Of a stretch of 48,440 nt of DNA, positions 9,351 through 18,056 are shown one piece after another. The notes under the pieces were generated by a model, which was not told the DNA's origin, did no database searches, and worked only from the letters and a program-made list of their open reading frames with translations. A program made the position numbers and the translations under genes. Within the stretch, counting starts at the first letter, position 1, and every line of letters starts with the position of its first letter. Where the stretch lies: assembly GCA_051984395.1 (NCBI GenBank), contig JBPYEZ010000124.1, positions 1 to 48,440 on the forward strand, written 5' to 3'. Source of the DNA: Acidimicrobiales bacterium (GTDB lineage: Bacteria; Actinomycetota; Acidimicrobiia; Acidimicrobiales; AC-9).

Positions 9351-10564
9351 AGGCACTCGTCTTCGAACGGAGCATCCCCCGCTACGCGGCTGCCCGCGTG
9401 GTCTCGTCCCTCGGCTCCGGTCGGGGCGTGACTGTGGCACCGCTGAAGCTGGCCGACATCGACCCCCCCGACCTTCCCGGACCCGGTTGGACCCGGGTGC
9501 GGCCCCGACTGGCCGGGATCTGCGGCTCGGACCTGACCACTCTCGACGGCAAGAGCTCGCGCTATTTCGAGCCCATCGTCAGCCTGCCGTTCGTGCCCGG
9601 GCACGAGGTCGTGGGCGATGTCGAAGGCGACGGCAACGGGAGCGGGGGTCGGGTCGTCATCGAGCCCGTGCTCGGCTGTCTGGCACGCGGCGTCGAGCCC
9701 CCATGCCCGGCCTGCGCCGTCGGCGATACCGGCGGCTGCGAGCGGGTCGCCTTCGGCCACCTCAAGGCGGGCCTCCAGACGGGCTACTGCGCCGACACCG
9801 GCGGCGGATGGTCGGGCGGCCTCGTCGCCCATGTCACCCAGCTCCACCCCGTGCCCGACCGGCTGAGCGACGAAGCCGCCGTCATGGTGGAGCCGGCAGC
9901 CTGCGCGGTGCACGCCGCCCTCGCCGCCGAGGTGACGGAAGGATCGAGCGTCGTCGTGCTCGGCGCCGGGACCCTCGGGCTGTGCACCATCGCCGCCCTC
10001 CGCCAGCTGACCCTGCCGGGCACGCTCCTGGCCGGCGCCAAGCATCCGGCGCAGCGCCAGCTGGCGGCGGCGCTCGGCTCCGATCTGGTCGTCGATCCCG
10101 ACGAGGTCCCCCGGGCCGTGCGCCGGCTCACCCGCTCGCTCGCCGCCGGCGCCCAGCTGACCGGCGGCGCCGATGTCGTGCTCGACTGCGTCGGCAGCGC
10201 CGACTCGATCGCGCACGCCCTCTCTGTCGTCCGGCCTCGCGGCCGGGTCATCCTGGTAGGCATGCCGGGAACCGCCCGCATCGACCTGACCCCCCTGTGG
10301 CATCGCGAGATCAGCCTGACCGGCGCCTACGCCTACGGTCGGGAGACTGCCGGCACCAACGGGGCCCGGCCGCGCACGTTCGAGCTGGCCTTCGACCTCG
10401 TCGACCACGCCGGCCTCGACCGCCTGGTGTCGGCCCACTACCCGCTCGAGCGGTTTCACGAGGCCGTCGAGCACGCAGGATCCGCGGGCCGGCGTGGCGC
10501 CACGAAGATCGTGTTCGACCTGCGCGAGCACCCTCGTTGGCGCAAGACAGGAGGTCCCGCGTGA
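9347..10564 (+). CDS. Zinc-binding (MDR) dehydrogenase
   Basis: ATGA overlap with upstream gene; GICGSD, GHEVVG, structural Zn Cys cluster, GAGTLG. Confidence 0.9.
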   Translation: MKALVFERSIPRYAAARVVSSLGSGRGVTVAPLKLADIDPPDLPGPGWTRVRPRLAGICGSDLTTLDGKSSRYFEPIVSLPFVPGHEVVGDVEGDGNGSGGRVVIEPVLGCLARGVEPPCPACAVGDTGGCERVAFGHLKAGLQTGYCADTGGGWSGGLVAHVTQLHPVPDRLSDEAAVMVEPAACAVHAALAAEVTEGSSVVVLGAGTLGLCTIAALRQLTLPGTLLAGAKHPAQRQLAAALGSDLVVDPDEVPRAVRRLTRSLAAGAQLTGGADVVLDCVGSADSIAHALSVVRPRGRVILVGMPGTARIDLTPLWHREISLTGAYAYGRETAGTNGARPRTFELAFDLVDHAGLDRLVSAHYPLERFHEAVEHAGSAGRRGATKIVFDLREHPRWRKTGGPA

Positions 10565-12150
10565 GTCCCCGCCCCGGCTTCGTGCTCGAGGTCGACCGTT
10601 CGACGCCGCCGACCCTGATGTGGCACGGGGAGAGCTTCCGCCTCGAGCGGCTGCCCGTCGGCTCGCGGGTCGTGTACCCGCCCGAGGCCCGTCCTCCCCT
10701 CGAGGACCCCGACGCCGCCATCCGCCACGCGCTCCTTCATCCTCTCGGCGACAGCCAGCCCCTGCCCGCGCTCCTGCGTGCCGGCATGCGCTTGACCATC
10801 GCCTTCGACGACATCTCCCTCCCGCTGCCGCCGATGCGCAGTCCCGACATCCGTCAGCGGGTGATCGAGGCGGTGCTCGACATGGCCGCCGAGGCCGGTG
10901 TCGACGACGTCGTGCTCGTCGCCGCGCGCGCCCTCCACCGCCGGATGACCGAGCCCGAGCTGCGCCACATCGTCGGCGACCGCGTCTACGACGCCTTCGC
11001 CCCCCACGGGCTGCTCACCCAGCACGACGCCGAGGACCCCGACGGCATGCTCCACCTCGGGCTCACCGATGCCGGCGAGGACGTGGAGATCAATCGCCGT
11101 GCAGCCACGAGCGACCTCCTGGTCTACGTCAACATCGACCTCGTTCCCATGGACGGCGGCCACAAGAGCGTCGCCACCGGCCTCGCAAGCTACCGAAGCC
11201 TCCGCCACCACCACAACGTGCGCACCATGCAGCACAGCCGGTCGTTCATGGACCAGCACCGTTCGGAGCTCCACTCCTCGAACTGGCGCATGGGCCGCCA
11301 CATCGCCGCCAGCGGGGTGAAGGTCTTCCAGATCGAGACGACGCTCAACAATGACACCTTCCCCGAGCAGTTCCGGTTCCTCCAGCGCCGGGAGTGGGAG
11401 TGGTCCGTGCGCGACCGCGCCGGCTTTCTGGCCGCGTCAAAGTCGTTGGAGCGCACGCCCGAGCGACTCGCTCGCTCGATCTTCCAGTCCATCCGGGCGC
11501 CGCACGCGATGACCAGCGTCCAGGCCGGCGAGGTCGAGGCCGTGCACGCCGAGGCCACCGACCAGCTGCACGCCCAGCAGGGCGTCGAGGTGGCGGGGCA
11601 GACCGACGTGCTCACGATGGGCCTGCCGTACCTGTGCCCCTACAACGTGAACTCGGTGATGAATCCCATCCTCGTGATGTGCCTGGGTCTCGGCTACCTG
11701 TTCAACATGTACCGCGGCAGGCCGTTGGTCCGTTCCGGCGGGGTGCTCATCATGAGCCATCCGACGCCGTGGGCCTTCGACCCCGTCCACCACCCCAGCT
11801 ACATCGACTTCTTCGAGCAGGTCCTCTCCGAGACGACCGACCCCGTCGAGATCGAGGCCAAGTACGAGGAGGCGTTCGCCGCCGACCCGTGGTACGTCCA
11901 CCTCTACCGCACGGGTCACGCCTATCACGGCGTGCATCCCTTCTACATGTGGTACTGGGGCGCCCACGCCCTCCAGCACCTGGGGGGCGTCATCGTGGTG
12001 GGCGGTGACCGGCGGGCAGTGAGGCGCCTGGGCTTCAAGCCCGCCTCCGGCCTCGGCGACGCGCTCGAGATGGCCGAGGATGTCGTCGGCCCTGACCCGT
12101 CCATCACCCATCTGCACGCGCCGCCGCTGCTGATGGCGAACGTGACCTGA
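10561..12150 (+). CDS. Lactate racemase (LarA/DUF2088) domain protein
   Basis: GTGA overlap; HALLHPLG..PL, LTIAFDDIS, ALHRRMT..EL, HDAED, DGGHKS resemble the LarA N-terminal domain. Confidence 0.78.
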   Translation: MSPRPGFVLEVDRSTPPTLMWHGESFRLERLPVGSRVVYPPEARPPLEDPDAAIRHALLHPLGDSQPLPALLRAGMRLTIAFDDISLPLPPMRSPDIRQRVIEAVLDMAAEAGVDDVVLVAARALHRRMTEPELRHIVGDRVYDAFAPHGLLTQHDAEDPDGMLHLGLTDAGEDVEINRRAATSDLLVYVNIDLVPMDGGHKSVATGLASYRSLRHHHNVRTMQHSRSFMDQHRSELHSSNWRMGRHIAASGVKVFQIETTLNNDTFPEQFRFLQRREWEWSVRDRAGFLAASKSLERTPERLARSIFQSIRAPHAMTSVQAGEVEAVHAEATDQLHAQQGVEVAGQTDVLTMGLPYLCPYNVNSVMNPILVMCLGLGYLFNMYRGRPLVRSGGVLIMSHPTPWAFDPVHHPSYIDFFEQVLSETTDPVEIEAKYEEAFAADPWYVHLYRTGHAYHGVHPFYMWYWGAHALQHLGGVIVVGGDRRAVRRLGFKPASGLGDALEMAEDVVGPDPSITHLHAPPLLMANVT

Positions 12151-12158
12151 GTCCCCGC

Positions 12159-13070
12159 GTGCCCCTCGTCCCCCGACCACCGTTTCCCTGGTCTCCACCC
12201 ACGTGGCCCGACGACGTGGAGCTGGCGCCGCTCGAGCGCACCGTGGGTATCGACTACGACACCGCCTGGTCGCGGCGATACGGCGTGCGGGTCGCCCGGG
12301 CGGCGCTGCTCGACTGGGTGGCCCGTCCCGTCGTGCGGGCCCTGGCTGCACCGCGTGTAGACGGCCTCGACCGCATCGAGCACCTCGACGCCCCGGCCAT
12401 CTTCGCCGCCAACCACGCCAGCCACGTCGACACACCGCTGGTGCTGTCGATCCTCCCCCCGCGCTTCCGCCACCGGACCTTGGTCGGGGCGGGTGCCGAC
12501 TACTTCTTCGACACACGCTGGAAGGCAGCGCTGTGGTCGTTCGCCATCGCCGCCATCCCCATCGAGCGCCAGCGCGTCAACCGACGCTCGGCCGAGGAGG
12601 TCCGCGAGCTCCTGCGGCGCGGGTGGAGCATGGTGATCTTCCCCGAAGGGGGGCGCACCCCGGACGGATGGGCTCGTCCGTTCCGACCGGCGTCCGCCGG
12701 TTACCTCGCCGCCCGTTCGGGGCTGCCCGTCGTGCCTCTCTATCTGGAGGGGACGCGCCGGATCCTCGCCCGGGGCAGTGGCATGCTGCGACCGGGTTCC
12801 ACCCGGGTGTGCATCGGACGCCCGCTGTGGCCGCAGGCCGACGAGGACGCCCGCCGACTCTCGATCCGCATCGAGGCCGCCGTGGCCGCCCTGGCCGACG
12901 AGACGGCTACCGACTGGTGGTCGGCGCGGCGTCGGGCCGCGGCCGGCCGGACACCCAGCCTCGGTGGCCCCGCCGTCGGGGCCTGGCGGCGGGCCTGGGC
13001 CCTCGGTGACGACCGCCCGGCGGCGTCCGACCGGTCCTCCCGGCGCTGGCCGCTACGCACGGGCCGCTAG
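12159..13070 (+). CDS. Lysophospholipid acyltransferase (PlsC family)
   Basis: NHASHVD (HX4D), IFPEGGRT, PVVP. Confidence 0.9.
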   Translation: MPLVPRPPFPWSPPTWPDDVELAPLERTVGIDYDTAWSRRYGVRVARAALLDWVARPVVRALAAPRVDGLDRIEHLDAPAIFAANHASHVDTPLVLSILPPRFRHRTLVGAGADYFFDTRWKAALWSFAIAAIPIERQRVNRRSAEEVRELLRRGWSMVIFPEGGRTPDGWARPFRPASAGYLAARSGLPVVPLYLEGTRRILARGSGMLRPGSTRVCIGRPLWPQADEDARRLSIRIEAAVAALADETATDWWSARRRAAAGRTPSLGGPAVGAWRRAWALGDDRPAASDRSSRRWPLRTGR

Positions 13071-13260
13071 ATCGTCGTCGCCGGCGACGACCGACGTGCA
13101 CAGATCCGCCCAGGAGTGCGGTATCTTGAGGTGCCCAGCTCCGGGTTGATTCCGCAGCGTTGCGGCTGCCTGCCGTTCAGGCGGGTACGTGGGCAAAGGC
13201 GCCTCGAGCACGGCCAGCTCACCTGTTCGGATCTACTTGACGTTGCGAGGTGGTACCCAA

Positions 13261-16200
13261 GTGCGCCCTGAGCGAGACGCGTGTGGCATTGGTTTCGTGG
13301 CCGACCGGGACGGTCGAGCGTCCCGCGACATCGTCGAGACTGCACTGTCTGCGCTGGCGTGCATGACGCACCGCGGCGCCGTCGCCGCCGACGCCCTCAC
13401 CTCCGACGGATCCGGCGTGCTCCTCGGCATCCCCGCCGCCATCTTCGGCGAGGGTCCCTCCGGAGCCCCCCACGGGGTGGCCAGCCTCTTCGTCCGCGGT
13501 GACGATCCCCGCCCCGCCGTCGAGGCGGCCGCAGCCGAGGAGGGCATCGACATCGTCGACTGGCGCACCCCGCCCACCGACGAGGAGCACCTGGGGCACC
13601 TGGCCCAGGGCAGCCGTCCCGCATTTCTCCAGGCGATCCTCGAGGCCCCGCAACCCGACGAGCGCGCCGCCTACCGGTTGCGCCGGCGGATCCAGGCCAC
13701 GACCAGCGGCACGTACGTGGCCAGCTCCTCCTTCCGCACGGTCGCCTACAAGGGGCTCGTCGCCGCTCCCCTGCTGTCGCGGTACTACCTGGACCTGGCC
13801 GACGAGCGGTTCGTCTCGTCGCTGGTGGTGTTCCATCAGCGCTTCTCGACCAACACCCTGCCCACGTGGGAGCGGGCCCAGCCGTTCCGGACCCTCTGTC
13901 ACAACGGCGAGATCAACGCCATCGCCGGCAACCAGAACCGCATGCGGGCGCGCGCCCGACTGGGCACCGAGGAAGCCGGCCTCGGCCCGGAGGAGCTCTT
14001 CCGGCCGTTGCTGGACGAGACCGAGCCCGACTCCGGGCGCATCGACTCGGCGGTGGAGGTGCTCGTCAGAGGAGGCCGCGACATCCGTCACGCCGTGGCC
14101 ATGCTCGTGCCCGAGGCGTGGGAGGGCGAGCGCGACCTCGACGCAGCCGTGCTCGGCTTCTACCGCTACCACGCCTGTCTCGTCGAGCCGTGGGACGGGC
14201 CCGCAGGGCTCATCTTCACCGACGGAGCGGGAGTGGGCGCCGCCCTCGACCGCAACGGGCTGCGCCCCTTGCGCTACACGATCTGCGAAGACGGTCTGGT
14301 CGCCTGCTGCTCGGAAGCGGGCGCGGTCGACCTGACCGGACGAGGAGAGGTGCGGCGCGGGCGCCTGGGGCCGGGCCAGATGATCTTCCTCGATCCGGGC
14401 CGAGGGGTCTTTCTCGACGGAGAGTGCAAGGCCGCCCTGGCAGCCAAGGCTCCCTACGCCCGCTGGGCCGCCGACGGTCTGGTCCAGCTCGCACCGAGTC
14501 GGCCTGTCGAGGACACCCCGCCGACCGACGAGCTGGAGCGCCGACAGATCGCGCACGGCTACACGGTCGAAGAGATGCGCATGGTGATCAAGCCCATGGC
14601 GGCTGACGCCAAGGAGCCGGTCTTCTCGATGGGCGACGACACGCCCCTCCCCAACTGGGCAGGCCGACCCCGTCCCATCCATCACTTCCTCAAGCAACGC
14701 TTCGCCCAGGTGACCAACCCGGCGATCGACCACCTGCGCGAGCGCCTGGTCATGAGCCTCCGCACGCTCATCGGGCCCCACTCCGCCCTGCTGTCGGAGC
14801 GACCGGAGGCCGCGCGCCTCCTCGAGCTGCCCTCGTTCTTCCTGTCACCCTCGACCCTCCAGCAGCTCCAGGGGTCCGCCGCGGCTCCGTTCCGCCCGGC
14901 CGCTCTCGAGGCCACCTTTCCGGTCGATGCCGGAGCCGACGGGCTGCGCCAGGCCGTGGAACGCATGCGCGACGACGCTGCCCGACTCGTGGCCGGCGGT
15001 TGCGGCGTGCTCGTGCTCACCCATGACGGCATCTCCGCGGAGCGGGCGCCGATCCCGTCGCTGCTCGCCACCGGCGCGGTGCACCACCGCCTCGTGTCCG
15101 AGGGCCGGCGGGCGGCGACCAGCCTCGTCGTGGTGGCCGACGACGCCCGGGACACCCACAACGTGGCCTGTCTGCTCGGCTACGGCGCCGACGCCATCTG
15201 CCCACGCCTTGCCCTGCAGAGCGTGGCCGCCGACGCCGACGCGTCCGAGGAGGGCGGAGCGGTCAGCGCCACCGCCCAGGAGAACTATCAGGGCGCGGTC
15301 GAAGACGGCGTCCTGAAGATCATGTCCAAGATGGGCATCTCGACCGTCGACTCGTACCGGGGCGCCCAGATCTTCGAGATCGTCGGGCTCAGCGCCGACG
15401 TCGTGCAGACCTGCTTCGCGGGCACGCCCTCGCCGGTCGGAGGGCTCGGTTGGACCGAGCTGGGCGAAGACGCCCTCGCCCGTCACGCCGAGTCGGGCCT
15501 CGCCGATGCGGTCGCCGTGGGCGCCGACGGTGACGGTGCCGCAGCCGGCGCCGGCGCGGGAGGCGGACCCGATGGAGCGGCCCGCCCAGCAGCGGCCGAC
15601 GGTGACCGGGCAGCCAAGCTTCAGGCGGCGCGGGAGGCCAAGGCGGCGCGCCAGGCCGGAGGCGACGGCGAAGGCGAGTCGAAGGAGGCAAGGGCCGAGC
15701 GGCTCGCCGCCCGCGCCAAGGCGGCGCGTGAGGCCAAGGCGGCCCGCCAGGCCGAGGGGACCACGACCGCCCGCATCCCGCCCCGAGCCGAGCGGGCGAG
15801 CGACAACGGCGACGACGAGGATGACGACGGCGAGCGCCCCCAACGCAGTGGACGGCGTGGAGCCCGGAGCCGGCTGGAGAACCCGGGCTACTACCGGGAC
15901 CTCAAGCGCGGTGGGGAGTACCACGCCCACAACAAGGACGTCGTCGACGCGTTGAACGGCATGACCGCCGCCCACCTGCTCCAGCAGGCGATCCGCGGCG
16001 ACCGTGAGGACATCTACGTCAAGTTCGCCGAGCTCGTGAACGGTCGGCCGCCGACCGAGCTGCGGGACCTCCTCGAGCTGGTCCCCGTCGGCCCCGCCGT
16101 TCCCGTCGACGACGTGGAGCCCGCGGCCGAGATCGCCAAGCGCTTCTCGACCGGTGCCATGTCCCACGGCTCCCTTTCCGCCGAGGCCCACGAGACGCTG

Positions 16201-18015
16201 GCCGAGGCCATGAACCTCATCGGTGGGCGGTCGAACTGTGGTGAGGGAGGCGAGGATCCCTTCCGGTTCCTCACACGCGGTCAGGCCTCGGGAGACAAGA
16301 ACAGCCGCATCAAGCAGATCGCGTCGGGCCGCTTCGGCGTCACGCCTCAGTACTGCGCTTACGCCGACGAGCTCCAGATCAAGATCGCCCAGGGGTCCAA
16401 GCCGGGCGAGGGTGGACAGCTCCCCGGCCACAAGGTCTCCGAGGAGATCGCACGACTGCGTCACACCCAGCCGGGTGTCTCGCTCATCTCGCCCCCGCCG
16501 CACCACGACATCTACTCCATCGAGGACCTGGCCCAGCTCATCTTCGACCTGAAGCAGGTGAACCGCCACGCCGACGTCTCGGTGAAGCTCGTCGCCTGCG
16601 ACGGCGTGGGCACGGTCGCGGCCGGTGTGGTCAAGGCGCTGGCCGACGTGGTGCAGGTGAGCGGGTGCAACGGCGGGACGGGCGCCTCTCCGCTCTCCTC
16701 GATCAAGCACGCCGGCATGCCCTGGGAGACGGGGCTGGCCGAGACACAGACCGTGCTGATCGAGAACGGCCTCCGGGACCGGGTCCGCCTGCGGGTCGAC
16801 GGCGGGTTCATGACGGGTCGCGACGTGCTGATCGCCGCTCTCCTCGGCGCCGACGAGTACTCGTTCGGCACCGCCGCCATGCTGGCCGAGGGCTGCATCA
16901 TGCTGCGCGCCTGCCACCGCGACACCTGCAGCACGGGTATCGCCACCCAGCGCTCCAACCTGCGGGCCAAGTTCGCCGGCACGCCCGAGGGCGTCGCCGC
17001 CTACCTGCTCTTCGTGGCCGAGGAGGCGCGCACCCTGATGGCCTCCCTCGGGCTGCGCAGCTTCGACGAGGCGATCGGCCGGGTGGAGTGCCTGCGCCAG
17101 CGGGCGACCGACGACGAGCGGATCGACACCGTCGACCTGGGCGCGCTCATCGTCCCCCCCGCCGACAGCTCGGCGCCTCGACACTTCGTGGCCACCGTCC
17201 CCATCCAGCGCCCGCGCTCGTCACTCGGTGATCGTCTCGAGGCCGATGCGTTCCGGGCCGTGTGGGAGGGTCGGGACATCGAGCTGTCGTACCCGATCAA
17301 CAACGGCGACCGGGCCGTTGGTGCGTCGCTCGGCGGAACGATCGCCCTCGAGTGGGGCGGGCGTTCACCGCTCGGAACGGCCGTGGGCCGGTTCGAGGGC
17401 GCCGCCGGCCAGAGCTTCGGAGCCTTTCTCACCCATGGCATCGAGCTCGAGCTGGTGGGTGAGGCCAACGACTACGTGGGCAAGGGCATGGGCGGCGGAC
17501 GGATCGTCATCCGCCCACCCGCCAACGACGCCGGCGACGCCGTCCTGGCCGGCAACACCTGCCTCTACGGCGCGACCGACGGGTGGCTGTTCATCGCCGG
17601 CTCGGCGGGCGAGCGCTTCGCCGTGCGCAACTCCGGTGCCACCGCGGTGGTCGAGGGGGCTGGCGACCACGCCTGCGAGTACATGACCGGTGGGACGGTC
17701 GTCATCCTCGGCCCGGTGGGCTACAACCTCGGAGCAGGCATGACCGGTGGCGCCGCCTACGTGTGGGACCCGCGCGCCTTGCTTCCCGCTCGGCTCAACA
17801 CCGCCCTGGTCGCCATCGGTCGCCCCGACTCCCAGCACGTCGACGAGCTCCGGTGGCTGGTCGAACGCCACCACGAGCTCACCGGCTCAGCCCGTGCCGC
17901 GTCGCTGCTCGGCAACTGGACCTCGTTCACGGACCAGGTGTGGCTGGTGGCGCCGATCGATCGCATCGCCGGCATCACCACCCAGCAGGCAGGGCGGGTC
18001 GCGGCCAGCGCCTGA
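13261..18015 (+). CDS. gltB: Glutamate synthase large subunit
   Basis: ERDACGIGF (catalytic Cys), HQRFSTNT, HNGEIN, EPWDGPA, QRFAQVTNP, GAMSHGSLS, IKQIASGRFGV, SPPPHHDIYSIEDLAQLI, CIMLRACHRDTC (3Fe-4S), GXGXG domain; GTG 13261 preferred over 13189. Confidence 0.96.
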   Translation: MRPERDACGIGFVADRDGRASRDIVETALSALACMTHRGAVAADALTSDGSGVLLGIPAAIFGEGPSGAPHGVASLFVRGDDPRPAVEAAAAEEGIDIVDWRTPPTDEEHLGHLAQGSRPAFLQAILEAPQPDERAAYRLRRRIQATTSGTYVASSSFRTVAYKGLVAAPLLSRYYLDLADERFVSSLVVFHQRFSTNTLPTWERAQPFRTLCHNGEINAIAGNQNRMRARARLGTEEAGLGPEELFRPLLDETEPDSGRIDSAVEVLVRGGRDIRHAVAMLVPEAWEGERDLDAAVLGFYRYHACLVEPWDGPAGLIFTDGAGVGAALDRNGLRPLRYTICEDGLVACCSEAGAVDLTGRGEVRRGRLGPGQMIFLDPGRGVFLDGECKAALAAKAPYARWAADGLVQLAPSRPVEDTPPTDELERRQIAHGYTVEEMRMVIKPMAADAKEPVFSMGDDTPLPNWAGRPRPIHHFLKQRFAQVTNPAIDHLRERLVMSLRTLIGPHSALLSERPEAARLLELPSFFLSPSTLQQLQGSAAAPFRPAALEATFPVDAGADGLRQAVERMRDDAARLVAGGCGVLVLTHDGISAERAPIPSLLATGAVHHRLVSEGRRAATSLVVVADDARDTHNVACLLGYGADAICPRLALQSVAADADASEEGGAVSATAQENYQGAVEDGVLKIMSKMGISTVDSYRGAQIFEIVGLSADVVQTCFAGTPSPVGGLGWTELGEDALARHAESGLADAVAVGADGDGAAAGAGAGGGPDGAARPAAADGDRAAKLQAAREAKAARQAGGDGEGESKEARAERLAARAKAAREAKAARQAEGTTTARIPPRAERASDNGDDEDDDGERPQRSGRRGARSRLENPGYYRDLKRGGEYHAHNKDVVDALNGMTAAHLLQQAIRGDREDIYVKFAELVNGRPPTELRDLLELVPVGPAVPVDDVEPAAEIAKRFSTGAMSHGSLSAEAHETLAEAMNLIGGRSNCGEGGEDPFRFLTRGQASGDKNSRIKQIASGRFGVTPQYCAYADELQIKIAQGSKPGEGGQLPGHKVSEEIARLRHTQPGVSLISPPPHHDIYSIEDLAQLIFDLKQVNRHADVSVKLVACDGVGTVAAGVVKALADVVQVSGCNGGTGASPLSSIKHAGMPWETGLAETQTVLIENGLRDRVRLRVDGGFMTGRDVLIAALLGADEYSFGTAAMLAEGCIMLRACHRDTCSTGIATQRSNLRAKFAGTPEGVAAYLLFVAEEARTLMASLGLRSFDEAIGRVECLRQRATDDERIDTVDLGALIVPPADSSAPRHFVATVPIQRPRSSLGDRLEADAFRAVWEGRDIELSYPINNGDRAVGASLGGTIALEWGGRSPLGTAVGRFEGAAGQSFGAFLTHGIELELVGEANDYVGKGMGGGRIVIRPPANDAGDAVLAGNTCLYGATDGWLFIAGSAGERFAVRNSGATAVVEGAGDHACEYMTGGTVVILGPVGYNLGAGMTGGAAYVWDPRALLPARLNTALVAIGRPDSQHVDELRWLVERHHELTGSARAASLLGNWTSFTDQVWLVAPIDRIAGITTQQAGRVAASA

Positions 18016-18056
18016 CATCCACCACGGGCGCCGAAGTCGTCGCCCTGGCGCCAGCC

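Noticed and set aside
9244-10560. 968-aa ORF suggesting an extended LarA-like protein
   Set aside because: The upstream part is an off-frame read of the Zn dehydrogenase; the real start is GTG 10561
15496-15873. Intein or mobile insertion in gltB
   Set aside because: No terminal His-Asn, homing-endonuclease motifs or terminal inverted repeats; low-complexity composition
14845-17184. 779-aa antisense ORF, and similar long shadow ORFs such as 20159-22471, 17583-19679 and 3580-5406
   Set aside because: They overlap motif-bearing genes and have no recognisable motifs; expected at this GC content because stops are rare
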